A stretch of 61,419 nt of DNA from a virus: the IMG/VR virus record IMGVR_UViG_3300035529_000070, positions 122,114-183,532 of that record. One strand, 5' to 3'. The notes below the pieces were generated by a model. The model saw only the letters and a list, made by a program, of their open reading frames with translations. It searched no databases and was not told the DNA's origin. Positions within the stretch are counted from its first letter, which is position 1. Each line of letters begins with the position of its first letter. Shown here piece by piece: positions 28,303 to 37,491 of this stretch. Made by a program: the position numbers and the translations under genes.

Positions 28303-29721
28303 ATGGTGATAATGATGACTAAAGAAATGGTAAACGAGTTAAAACCAATAATAAAAGAGGTTAACAACGATACAGTAAGATCAAAAACATTAACAGAAAT
28401 ATTAAAATACAAAGGTCAAGTATTTCAAGAAGAAGAAATAATGGACTTATTAAAGAATTCTGGTTATAAATCCAGAAAGGTATTAATAAAACATATATTA
28501 AAAGACGGGCTATTAGGAACAGTAATAATAAACCCTGACAATATTAAAGAGATAAATAATATGTTCAAAAATGAGCCTAATGCTAAAATCAGAGCTGATT
28601 ATTATAAAAGTTTATTTGAGGGAGAATATAACCTTCCTGTAGATGTTATGAAAGAAATAAAACAAGACCCCGATACTGAAGTTAGAATTTCCGTTCTTAC
28701 TGTTGCTTTTGGTTTATTCTTTGATGCTAAATCTAAAATAATAAGCCTGTTTAAAGATGATCCTAACTTACAAATACAAGAATTATTAGAAATATATGAA
28801 GAGCCTGTTTTAACTTTATCATCAGACAAGGTATTAATTAAAAACAAACAAAAATTAATAGATAATATATTGCAAAGTTTTGAGCCAAAAGAAATAAATA
28901 ACATATTAAAAACTGCCTATAAAAAAGGTGGGGAATCAACAAAAGAATTGATAATAAAAAATATATCCAAAATAGGGGTAGAAATGACTCTAGATACATT
29001 TAAAGATATCTTCCTAGAAATAGCAGGAGAAGCGGATGACTTTGCTTTTATGTTTTTCAATAATCTGGTTAAAGGATACAATAAATTGTCTAAAGAAATT
29101 GGTAATCAACAAAGCAATGAATTATTAGAAAAAACAAAATTATTTGATAAAGCTCAAAACGCTAAACAATATAAACATATATTCAGTGTTATGACTTTTG
29201 AATATTTCAATTCTCACAAAGAAGTTTTGAATTTAGTCAATACTTGGTTAGATAGTATGGACTCTGAAATGATATCTGTGGTTTTCCCTATAGCTTATAA
29301 ACACATGGACCAACAATTAACTAAATATATAAAACCTTGGATAAATTCTAAATCGGAAAAACTTATAGGGTTTGCTTTAAAAATATTGAGTAAAACAAAA
29401 AACATAATGGAAAGATTTTATAAAAATTTTGAAGATGATGTTATAAAAATAATGGAAGGCAACCAATATACAGATGTTTTAAAGAAAAAAGCTGTGCTTA
29501 TTATTAAAAAAAGAATCAAGATAGATATAGCTTCTGGAGAAAATATTTTTGACGCTTCTACAATAGTAGACTTATATGAAAGGTCTGACGAAAACGGAAA
29601 AATCTTTTTGATGGATATATATTATGATGTTATGAAAATAAATCCAGCTAAATTCAAAGAATTTGAGAAAAGGATAGTTGATGCACTAGGCTCATATACG
29701 CATTCACAACAAGTAGCCTAG
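28303..29721 (+). CDS. Alpha-helical (HEAT-like) repeat protein
   Basis: NEPNAKIR, QDPDTEVRISVL, KDDPNLQIQE repeats. Confidence 0.5.
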   Translation: MVIMMTKEMVNELKPIIKEVNNDTVRSKTLTEILKYKGQVFQEEEIMDLLKNSGYKSRKVLIKHILKDGLLGTVIINPDNIKEINNMFKNEPNAKIRADYYKSLFEGEYNLPVDVMKEIKQDPDTEVRISVLTVAFGLFFDAKSKIISLFKDDPNLQIQELLEIYEEPVLTLSSDKVLIKNKQKLIDNILQSFEPKEINNILKTAYKKGGESTKELIIKNISKIGVEMTLDTFKDIFLEIAGEADDFAFMFFNNLVKGYNKLSKEIGNQQSNELLEKTKLFDKAQNAKQYKHIFSVMTFEYFNSHKEVLNLVNTWLDSMDSEMISVVFPIAYKHMDQQLTKYIKPWINSKSEKLIGFALKILSKTKNIMERFYKNFEDDVIKIMEGNQYTDVLKKKAVLIIKKRIKIDIASGENIFDASTIVDLYERSDENGKIFLMDIYYDVMKINPAKFKEFEKRIVDALGSYTHSQQVA

Positions 29722-29753
29722 TTCTGATAATGATGTAAAAAAATCAAAATATA

Positions 29754-29772
29754 TTGGTATATATTATTTGTT
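29754..29772 (+). promoter_or_regulatory. Phage promoter-like motif TTGGTATATATTAT(A/T)TG, copy 1
   Basis: Near-identical intergenic copies at 33526, 43788, 50239, each ahead of + strand genes. Confidence 0.6.
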
Positions 29773-29800
29773 AGGATTACATATTAAAAAGGGGTGGTGA

Positions 29801-30070
29801 TTGTTGAAAAAATTCATACAAAAGTTGAAAAATATATCCAATGGTATATGGAAAATAATAAAATCCATATCTATACTAATAGTAATAGTTTTGGCCGTTG
29901 GATATTTAACAGGCGCTATATTGTATTTTATATTTCCTCTATTTAAAATACCTATGATAGACCCTTGGTGGTTTATGGTGATAGGTATAGCTATTTTTAT
30001 GGCGATTTTAAGAAGCCCTAAAAAAGGAATTATAATACAATGGTTAAATAAATTAAAAAACAAAAAGTAG
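29801..30070 (+). CDS. Small two-TM membrane protein
   Basis: Two hydrophobic helices, basic termini. Confidence 0.65.
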   Translation: MLKKFIQKLKNISNGIWKIIKSISILIVIVLAVGYLTGAILYFIFPLFKIPMIDPWWFMVIGIAIFMAILRSPKKGIIIQWLNKLKNKK

Positions 30071-30094
30071 GCTTTTAAATGAGCCTACTTTTTT
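30062..30094 (+). terminator. Intrinsic (bidirectional-type) terminator
   Basis: AAAAAGTAGGCT...AGCCTACTTTTTT. Confidence 0.7.
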
Positions 30095-30116
30095 AAATCT
30101 AAAGGAGTGGTGATAA

Positions 30117-31289
30117 ATGGCAAATATAAAAAAGAGTATGGAGTTATTATTTAAAACAGGGAATACACCGTTGTTAGTTGGAGTAGCAGGCGTAGGTAAA
30201 ACTCAAATGGTAAAACAAATGGCTGAAGAAAACGGCCGAAAATGTATAATACTAAATTTAAGCACAATGGAACCAGGTGATTTATTGGGATTACCTTTCC
30301 CAGATAATGCGTTACAAAAAGAAGCTTTGAAAAAGTCTATACAATCAGATGATTATCATGGAATTATGGCAGAGTTAGAACAAATTGAAAAGAATATAGG
30401 AAAAGGCAAAACAGAATATTTAACTCCTGAATGGTTTCCAAACGACGGAGAACCAGCTTTAATATTTTTGGATGAAATCAACAGAAGTAACCCCCTAGTA
30501 AGAGCAGGGGTAATGCAGTTAGTTCTAGATAAAAGGATAATGAATCATGTATTACCAAAAGATACTTGGATTGCTGCAGCCATGAATCCATCAGAAACAA
30601 ATGATGAAGATAACTCATATGAAGTAGATGAAATATTCGACTCGGCATTTCTTGACAGATTTGTTCCATTAAAAGTAATGCCAGATTTGAAGCAATGGAA
30701 AAGTTGGGCAAAAAATGTTGGGCTAAAATATATAACTGGGTTTATTGAACAAGAATCCTCAGTTTGGGAAGAAGCAATAGTAGATTTTGAAATGCCAAAA
30801 TTCCCAGTAACCCCTAGAACGTTTGAAAGGTTGGATAAAATTGCCCAATATGCTGTAGAACAATATCAAAATGAAAAGGAGCTTGCAGAAGTTTTTCAAC
30901 CAATTTCAATTAATATTCTTGGCGCATCTGCAGGTAAAAAGTTCTTTGAATATATATTAAAAGGAAAAGAAGATAAACTTTCTCTAGATGATGTTTATCA
31001 GGGGTTATTTAAAATAAAAGATTTCAGTAAACTAAAAACAGAAAATCTATTGTCTGTAACAAAGTCTTTAACCAATGACTTGTTTAGACATGACCCTGAT
31101 TTTGTAAATAGCAATATAGAAAATGTTGTAGATTTTTTAAAAGAAGTACAACCAGAAACAGCAGGCATTTTCTATAAAGTAATACATGAAAATTATGAAA
31201 CACTGTCTAAAGATTTTCCGGAAATGTTTAACAATAGAAAATTCATTGTTGAGTCAATGAAATTCTTGGCAGATTCAGAAAAGAAATAA
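30117..31289 (+). CDS. MoxR-type AAA+ ATPase (AAA_5/dynein-related)
   Basis: Walker A GVAGVGKT, DLLGLP, Walker B IFLDEINR, AAMNP, AFLDRF, TPRT. Confidence 0.9.
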   Translation: MANIKKSMELLFKTGNTPLLVGVAGVGKTQMVKQMAEENGRKCIILNLSTMEPGDLLGLPFPDNALQKEALKKSIQSDDYHGIMAELEQIEKNIGKGKTEYLTPEWFPNDGEPALIFLDEINRSNPLVRAGVMQLVLDKRIMNHVLPKDTWIAAAMNPSETNDEDNSYEVDEIFDSAFLDRFVPLKVMPDLKQWKSWAKNVGLKYITGFIEQESSVWEEAIVDFEMPKFPVTPRTFERLDKIAQYAVEQYQNEKELAEVFQPISINILGASAGKKFFEYILKGKEDKLSLDDVYQGLFKIKDFSKLKTENLLSVTKSLTNDLFRHDPDFVNSNIENVVDFLKEVQPETAGIFYKVIHENYETLSKDFPEMFNNRKFIVESMKFLADSEKK

Positions 31290-31301
31290 AGGAGGGATAA
31301 T

Positions 31302-32918
31302 ATGTCTGGATTACCTAAAGGTGTAGACGTTGAAGCCGACGATAATTTAGAAGAATTAAGAGATACTTTTAAAAATATTTTAAGTAAATTTGATTCAAAC
31401 ACATTAAATGAAATGTTTAAGAAAGACTATGGAATAGATACTATGAAAATATTTAAAAACGCAAGAGAATCTTCTTTGCTTTCTCTGGTAGAAAGCTATG
31501 CCCTAGGAAGATTTAAAATAAGTGCTAATAAATTGAATGAAGGCACTTATATAAATTTTAAAAACAGTGAAATAAAAATTGATGTTTTTTTCTTTGTTAT
31601 AGTGCTAATATTATCCGGTGAACTAAACAAAGAAAATTTGAAAGATCAAATATTGTTTGCAATAAAACACGAAATACATCATTATCTGTTTAGGCATTAT
31701 GCGGACTTTAAAAAATCTGAACAGTTACAGTATATAAATAATATAGCTCAAGACGCAATTATAAATGAAACACTTCATGTTGAAAAATATAATCACATGA
31801 AAATGTTAGAAGCTGATGAATTTGTGGCACCTTTAGCCCCAATCATAAAAATAGATGAAAGTGGATTTGAAAAAGAAGAAACAGGATTTTTAGTTAAGAT
31901 GTTCTATACAGTATACTCCTATCCGTTTGGAGCTAAAAGTGTTTCTTCAAATTTCAAAGAAACACTTTTGGATAAATATGATGTATATACTTCCAACAAT
32001 ATTTATAATCTATTGGTTGAAAAATTAAAAGGGCAGCAAAATGATCAAGACGATAATAAAGAACAAGAACAAAGTAAAGGTGAAGATCAACCACAAAATG
32101 GGCAAGGTGATGATAATGGCAGTGGCAAAAATAAACAAAGCAAGAAAGGTAACGAAGATTCAAAAGGTAATAATAACAAACAAAGGGCCAAAGGTAATAA
32201 GAGGGATCAAAACAGAAGGGGTGATCCATTTCAACAAACAGCGTCAGATATCAAAGGTGAACTAGAAGACTATGAAATAGAGATATTGGACGATGAATTA
32301 GAAAAAACATTTAAAGAAATACAAAAAGTTTCTCCAGGTTCTATTACAGGAATATATGAAGATATATTTAATATATTAAAAACTAAGAAACAAATTTCTT
32401 GGAGAAAGCTTATAAAAAAAACTGCAGGATATGCAGCCCAAACATATACTCAATATACATCTAAAAGATTATCCAAAAGATTTTATGATATACCTGGAAA
32501 TGTGTCTAGAAGAAAAGGTAAAGTTTATGTAGGTGTGGATGTTTCAGGTTCTGTAAGTGATGAAGAACTCAACATGTTTTTCAATGAGCTAAAACATCTT
32601 AGTAGAATGGTAGAGTTTAAATGCTATTTATTCGACACCGAAATAAAGGGTATAATAAGGCCAAAAGATTTTAGAAAAGGGAATATAAAAATAAAAGGTA
32701 GAGGTGGAACTGATCCACGACCATTCTATGATCTGTTACCGCCAAAAAGCTATTCAATCATATTGACGGATGGAGGATATATTGTAGAGGGGTTTCAAAT
32801 CCCCAAAAAGCACACATTAATATTAACTCCTCAATATTATAGTCAAACAAAAGAAATATATGAACAAGAAATAGGGAAAAAGAATATTGCTATATTAAAA
32901 AATATTAAAGGAGAGTGA
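31302..32918 (+). CDS. vWA-domain protein with N-terminal HExxH metallopeptidase-like domain (DUF2201-like)
   Basis: KHEIHHYLFRH, NIAQDAIINE, disordered linker, MIDAS VDVSGSVS, GRGGTD, LTDG. Confidence 0.85.
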   Translation: MSGLPKGVDVEADDNLEELRDTFKNILSKFDSNTLNEMFKKDYGIDTMKIFKNARESSLLSLVESYALGRFKISANKLNEGTYINFKNSEIKIDVFFFVIVLILSGELNKENLKDQILFAIKHEIHHYLFRHYADFKKSEQLQYINNIAQDAIINETLHVEKYNHMKMLEADEFVAPLAPIIKIDESGFEKEETGFLVKMFYTVYSYPFGAKSVSSNFKETLLDKYDVYTSNNIYNLLVEKLKGQQNDQDDNKEQEQSKGEDQPQNGQGDDNGSGKNKQSKKGNEDSKGNNNKQRAKGNKRDQNRRGDPFQQTASDIKGELEDYEIEILDDELEKTFKEIQKVSPGSITGIYEDIFNILKTKKQISWRKLIKKTAGYAAQTYTQYTSKRLSKRFYDIPGNVSRRKGKVYVGVDVSGSVSDEELNMFFNELKHLSRMVEFKCYLFDTEIKGIIRPKDFRKGNIKIKGRGGTDPRPFYDLLPPKSYSIILTDGGYIVEGFQIPKKHTLILTPQYYSQTKEIYEQEIGKKNIAILKNIKGE

Positions 32919-33472
32919 TTATTATGTATATAGTAGGAGCTTATGAATTTTATGCAAGTAGTAATATCGGGCCAGAAACATTAGTTGTAATAGATGATGG
33001 GCATAAAGAACTTACAACTACCGGAGATATCATAATAAATACGAATAAGTTCGCCACAATAATTAATGAGACTTGCCCATTTTATAGTAAATATATGGTA
33101 AAAGAAAATAAAACAGATTATAAAGATAAAGAAATAATGGATACATTCAATAAGTTTTATGAAGATATTAAGCCTTCAAAATATTTTGATGAACAAAAAG
33201 AAAAATTGTACAAAACTTATAAAAGTAACCCTAAGTTTAAACCCGGAGATGAAATCATTCTAGTAAAAAATTCTTTCCCAAAAGAATTTACAAAGATCAT
33301 ATTAAATGGGGAAATTAACAATTTTTCCGAAAAAACATTCGGAACTAATTATAATATAATGTTTAACAAGGATTATGAATTATCTTTAGTTTCCAGTTGT
33401 TATACAACTGAGGGGGTTACACAAGAAAGTAAAAAGTTAACTCCTGAAGAAGTTTCAGAAATAATGGAGTAA
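32915..33472 (+). CDS. Hypothetical protein
   Basis: 185-aa ORF coupled to the vWA gene. Confidence 0.6.
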   Translation: MIIMYIVGAYEFYASSNIGPETLVVIDDGHKELTTTGDIIINTNKFATIINETCPFYSKYMVKENKTDYKDKEIMDTFNKFYEDIKPSKYFDEQKEKLYKTYKSNPKFKPGDEIILVKNSFPKEFTKIILNGEINNFSEKTFGTNYNIMFNKDYELSLVSSCYTTEGVTQESKKLTPEEVSEIME

Positions 33473-33476
33473 TTTG

Positions 33477-33506
33477 AAGAGGGCATTTCGCCCTCTTTTT
33501 TTACCT
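33477..33506 (+). terminator. Intrinsic terminator, AAGAGGGC/GCCCTCTT family
   Basis: AAGAGGGCATTTCGCCCTCTTTTTTTACCT. Confidence 0.8.
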
Positions 33507-33525
33507 ATATAAATACCTTTATATA

Positions 33526-33542
33526 TTGGTATATATAATATG
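33526..33542 (+). promoter_or_regulatory. Phage promoter-like motif, copy 2
   Basis: TTGGTATATATAATATG. Confidence 0.6.
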
Positions 33543-33614
33543 TGTGGGTTAATAGGCCCTCACAAAATACCATAAGTCCAGACCATATTGGCTGGCAGGT
33601 AAAAGGAGGCATTC

Positions 33615-33767
33615 ATGGAAGAATGGGAACAAAAAAATGAGCAATACGAGGAAGACGGTGTTAAAATTTCTTTCTCGTATTGGGCCCCACCAACATCTGA
33701 CGAGAAATCTGAATTCTCGCAGATGTTGGAATGGGCGTCTGACGCGACGCCTGATTGGGAGAAATGA
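33615..33767 (+). CDS. Unannotated 50-aa acidic, Trp-rich protein MEEWEQKNEQYEEDGVKISFSYWAPPTSDEKSEFSQMLEWASDATPDWEK
   Basis: AAGGAGG SD, own promoter motif and terminator (33770-33794). Confidence 0.7.
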   Translation: MEEWEQKNEQYEEDGVKISFSYWAPPTSDEKSEFSQMLEWASDATPDWEK

Positions 33768-33792
33768 AAAGAAGGGCATCTCGCCCTTTTTT

Positions 33793-34050
33793 TTACATAC
33801 CGAGTGCACCTAGTTGATTTATTGTATTTTTTAAACTAGCATTTTCTTTTATTTGTCTTGCAGCTCTGCCCATATCTGAGTAAGTATTATATTGGTTTTT
33901 TGGTTTGCCTATTTGTTTTAATTTCCTTTTCCATTCTTCAGGTATGGCTTTATCGTACAACAGCTTTCCTCCAACGGCTCCTCCTAATACAGCTATAGGA
34001 GCAGCATAATTTTCTAAATTAGCTGTTTTTATAAATTCATCTCTTATCAT
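33793..34050 (-). CDS. Small internal-protein candidate with leader MIRDEFIKTA and Gly-rich hydrophobic helix
   Basis: APIAVLGGAVGGKLLY after leader; AAGGAAG SD. Confidence 0.6.
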   Translation of the reverse strand: MIRDEFIKTANLENYAAPIAVLGGAVGGKLLYDKAIPEEWKRKLKQIGKPKNQYNTYSDMGRAARQIKENASLKNTINQLGALGM

Positions 34051-34053
34051 AAT

Positions 34054-36144
34054 CTACACTTCCTTTAATAAGAATGTAGTAAACGGTAATCCAAAATTGT
34101 ACACCGTAAACCCTTTTGGTTCAAATTGTCCAAAAGAATATCCTAAATTATTTAATTGTTCTTGATTGTATTCAAATGAATAATCATATATTTTTTGAGA
34201 AAAAGTCTTCGTTCTATAAGAGCCTATAGCTTTAAATATTTCTTCGTTGTCTAAAGTACCAATTGAAAAAGCAGGGGATAAAAATCCAATTCCATCTCTT
34301 ACAAAATCACTGTTATTTATATTAACTCTATTTATAACCATTTGAGATTTTATAGGCTCGATTAAAAAACTTTCGTATAAATCTTTTTGCCCAGTAAATT
34401 CTTGAATCTTTTGTAAAATAATAGATTCAGGTGTTATATTTATAGATACATTTAAAGAGATTTGATTCATGCATTTTTCTATTTGTGTTCTTAAACTTCC
34501 ATTAATACTAAATTGTAGTGGAACTAAATAATCAGTTGTAGTATTATGGTAATTTCCTCCAGTAACTTCTATGCTGGCCAAGTTAGGAAGGTACATTTTT
34601 CCTTTTGTTTGAGCTTTATATAAATCCAAATCAAAAACAGGGCTAGTTCCTTTGTTATAAGCACTTCTAATATCGTATCTAAAGATTCCTATCTTATATT
34701 TCTTGTCAAAGTCTTGAATACCTCTGGCGTTTTGTATACTAAAATCTTTTGGCATAAATATATCTTTTGCAACAATACTACTTATATAGTAATCTTCATG
34801 CAAATGAGATTTTGGTGATATTTGTGAAGCTGTATATTGATTACCATATATATCAGATAAACTAGAACTATATCTATGTAGTCCATCCTTTGAAGAGTAT
34901 TCTGAATGTACATGGTTATATTTTGAAATAACGCTCGGCTGTACAGATTCATCATGAAATGTATTTGATTTTTCTATTACATGATCTAACTCAAAAAAAG
35001 TTTTTATACCAGAAATAGAATTAATTGTATCTCTTACTATAGGTACTTTAGTTTTGAAATTATCCACTTCATAATAACTACCATTTAAAACTATATATCC
35101 GTTATCCACATATTTTATCTCATATTCTCCGAATAAATTACTGATATTTACAGGCAACACAAGGTATAATTCTTCATCTTCTGTTGTGCCTCTTATACAT
35201 ACACCATCATTTATAAACTCAAATTTTTCTCTATCATTTACTAATTCTATATTTTTTTTATTTCCTTTATTATCAAATACTTCTATAATATTAGAAACAT
35301 ATTCTTTTGGAATATTTGTAAGCCAAATATCTTTTCCTAAATATTCTTTATTTATTTTGTATCCTATTGTAGAACCCGGCAACACATCTGCTAAATTTTT
35401 AGTAAGTTCTAAATTCCCATTGTTATAAATCAATGGTATAGTTTCAGAATATAAATCTTCTCCATTCAAATAAATTCTAAATAAGGCATATTCTCTTTCT
35501 AAAAAATCACCATCGATTGCTTTTAATTTCATAACTTCCTTATATCTATCATTATACGCATAATTAAATTTAACATCTTGCACTTGGATATTAGAATAGT
35601 AATTTTTGTTAAAAAAGAATAAATTCTGATTTAAATAACCTGTATAGTCTTTTCCTCCTATATGTATAACATATTTGGAATTTGGATAATTAGAAGTATC
35701 GTTTAAAACTTTATGTCCTATACCTTTATTTGCTGTCAAAGTGTTATTTTCAAACAATAACTTTTGCGTTTTTAAATAATATTTATGAAAATGTTTTTTA
35801 TTTGGCGGAACTATCTCCTCCAAATTTCTATTGGTAATATAATCTTTATTTAATTGTGTATATACATGATTATTTAAATATTTAGAATGGTCATGTTCTC
35901 TGGGCAAAAAATCTTTATAATAATATTCTTTTCCAGATTGTTTTATTATAGAATTCGAAGTATAAGCTATTGTATTTTTAGATAAAAAAGTATTATGTTT
36001 ATGATTGGTTGAACTATATTTCACCATCTTCGGTGATATATTTGATGTTTTATTGGTTTTATATACTTGGAATTTTTCTACATGAAATAAATTATTCAAA
36101 ATATTATAAGACTTTTTAATTATACTTAAAAACGGATTAATCAC
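34054..36144 (-). CDS. Fourth HxH-repeat fibre-like paralogue, displaced from the tail cluster
   Basis: HKHNTF, HDHSKY, HFHKY, HVHSEY, HLHEDY; FMPKDFSIQN; C-term NFGLPFTTFL. Confidence 0.6.
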   Translation of the reverse strand: MINPFLSIIKKSYNILNNLFHVEKFQVYKTNKTSNISPKMVKYSSTNHKHNTFLSKNTIAYTSNSIIKQSGKEYYYKDFLPREHDHSKYLNNHVYTQLNKDYITNRNLEEIVPPNKKHFHKYYLKTQKLLFENNTLTANKGIGHKVLNDTSNYPNSKYVIHIGGKDYTGYLNQNLFFFNKNYYSNIQVQDVKFNYAYNDRYKEVMKLKAIDGDFLEREYALFRIYLNGEDLYSETIPLIYNNGNLELTKNLADVLPGSTIGYKINKEYLGKDIWLTNIPKEYVSNIIEVFDNKGNKKNIELVNDREKFEFINDGVCIRGTTEDEELYLVLPVNISNLFGEYEIKYVDNGYIVLNGSYYEVDNFKTKVPIVRDTINSISGIKTFFELDHVIEKSNTFHDESVQPSVISKYNHVHSEYSSKDGLHRYSSSLSDIYGNQYTASQISPKSHLHEDYYISSIVAKDIFMPKDFSIQNARGIQDFDKKYKIGIFRYDIRSAYNKGTSPVFDLDLYKAQTKGKMYLPNLASIEVTGGNYHNTTTDYLVPLQFSINGSLRTQIEKCMNQISLNVSINITPESIILQKIQEFTGQKDLYESFLIEPIKSQMVINRVNINNSDFVRDGIGFLSPAFSIGTLDNEEIFKAIGSYRTKTFSQKIYDYSFEYNQEQLNNLGYSFGQFEPKGFTVYNFGLPFTTFLLKEV

Positions 36145-36180
36145 ATAAACCCCTCCTCAAAAAATTATAACAGATATATA

Positions 36181-36272
36181 AAAAGAAAATAGTGAAGAGC
36201 AGGCGAACTCTTCACTATTAAGGTGATGATATATGATGCATAAAAGAGAGGTGAAATACACCATCTATCTTT
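36181..36272 (-). ncRNA. Candidate small RNA A (~90 nt): 5' hairpin, anti-SD seed, terminator
   Basis: TTGACC(36307-36302)-17-TATAAT(36284-36279) with TG; 12-bp terminator stem AATAGTGAAGAG/CTCTTCACTATT + U-tract. Confidence 0.6.
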
Positions 36273-36303
36273 TATTAGATTATATCATGAAATATATTCC
36301 AGG

Positions 36304-36690
36304 TCAACTTAATCTATAACCTATTATAACAGTTTTAGAAAAAATACCTTTAATAATAATAATGTCTTCATTCCAACGATCAGCGTTTCTGTGCCCAGAA
36401 TGTACTTTAACAGTTTGAAAGTGTTGTTGTATAGTAACCTCATCATTTAACAAAAATAATTTAATTCCAGTAAATTGCCTAATGTATCCCATTTCAAAAA
36501 TCAAATTACACGACGGTGTAAATTCAAACACTTTGTTTCTAAATGAAAATTTAGTAATTTCTTTTATTCTGTGGTTAACCATCCAATGCTGAATAGTCAT
36601 TATTTTTTCCTTTTTTTTGGAAATGATTTCTAAATCAGAGATATGTTCGTTGATTTTTTTTATTTTATCTTTAATATCGCTATTACGCAT
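36304..36690 (-). CDS. Hypothetical protein
   Basis: 128-aa ORF, GAGGTG SD. Confidence 0.55.
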   Translation of the reverse strand: MRNSDIKDKIKKINEHISDLEIISKKKEKIMTIQHWMVNHRIKEITKFSFRNKVFEFTPSCNLIFEMGYIRQFTGIKLFLLNDEVTIQQHFQTVKVHSGHRNADRWNEDIIIIKGIFSKTVIIGYRLS

Positions 36691-36742
36691 TCTATCACCT
36701 CAAATCAATAATAACATGAGATACACTCTAAAAAAGTCAACT

Positions 36743-37435
36743 TCAAAGCACATCCCCACTATAATGATGTTCTATAAAATATTTATATGTATACGGAAAT
36801 TTTTCCTCAAAAAACTTAGCCAGCGCTTTGGCATATTCTTGTATTTCCCATTGAGCATGTGAATCTGCCCTTAAGTCGAGAAAGTGCATTAACGCCCTTA
36901 AATTTATAGTTATATAAAATTCAGTGTATTGCCCAACAGGTAAAACCATTCTAGCCATTTCTCTGGCAACTCCATGTTCAAGTAGAGTTTTATAATCTTG
37001 ATAAGACCTTTCATAAGAAGCCTCTATTAAAGCTATATCCTGTTGTTCCAGTTCTTTCTGATTTGTCCTAAAACTCCCCTGTTTATTTTTTGTATCTTGA
37101 GCCCTTATATGATCTGGTATATAAAATTCATCCGCTTGTTTACTGGTATATCTTCTGCTCATCTCGTTTGGAGACATTCCTATTCTATGCCTAAACCATT
37201 GTCTGACAACAAAAATAGGTGCTTTAACATGAAATTTCATTATCAAATGTTCGAATGGGCTAAAATGTCCTTGATCCATTAAAAACGAAGAAAGTTTTTT
37301 ATCTTTATCTGTCATAGTTCTATCTTCTTTTTGAGTATCGTTACCATATGACACCCTTGCAGCTTCTACCGCTGCTTTATCATCGCCCATTGAATCAATA
37401 AATTCAACAAATCCTTTGTCTAAAACATTTATCAT
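36743..37435 (-). CDS. thyX: Flavin-dependent thymidylate synthase
   Basis: AARVSY, GHFSPFEH, KAPIFVVRQWFRHR...SRRY, AREMARMVLP, LRADSHAQWEIQ. Confidence 0.95.
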   Translation of the reverse strand: MINVLDKGFVEFIDSMGDDKAAVEAARVSYGNDTQKEDRTMTDKDKKLSSFLMDQGHFSPFEHLIMKFHVKAPIFVVRQWFRHRIGMSPNEMSRRYTSKQADEFYIPDHIRAQDTKNKQGSFRTNQKELEQQDIALIEASYERSYQDYKTLLEHGVAREMARMVLPVGQYTEFYITINLRALMHFLDLRADSHAQWEIQEYAKALAKFFEEKFPYTYKYFIEHHYSGDVL

Positions 37436-37491
37436 ATATTACATCTCCTTTTATTAGAAATAAAGCCGGCCTTTTGGCCAGCTTATTATTA

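Noticed and set aside
33549-33809. 86-aa minus-strand ORF
   Set aside because: Starts within a terminator with no SD; the + strand 50-aa ORF has promoter, SD and terminator
21403-36144. Diversity-generating retroelement or invertase shuffling of fibre genes
   Set aside because: No reverse transcriptase, no adenine-specific TR/VR pair and no recombinase or inverted repeats seen in the window
36233-36319. 28-aa + strand ORF MMHKREVKYTIYLLLDYIMKYIPGQLNL as a type I toxin
   Set aside because: Has an SD-like sequence but no clear + strand promoter and is weakly hydrophobic; better explained as the complement of the sRNA seed (not fully excluded)
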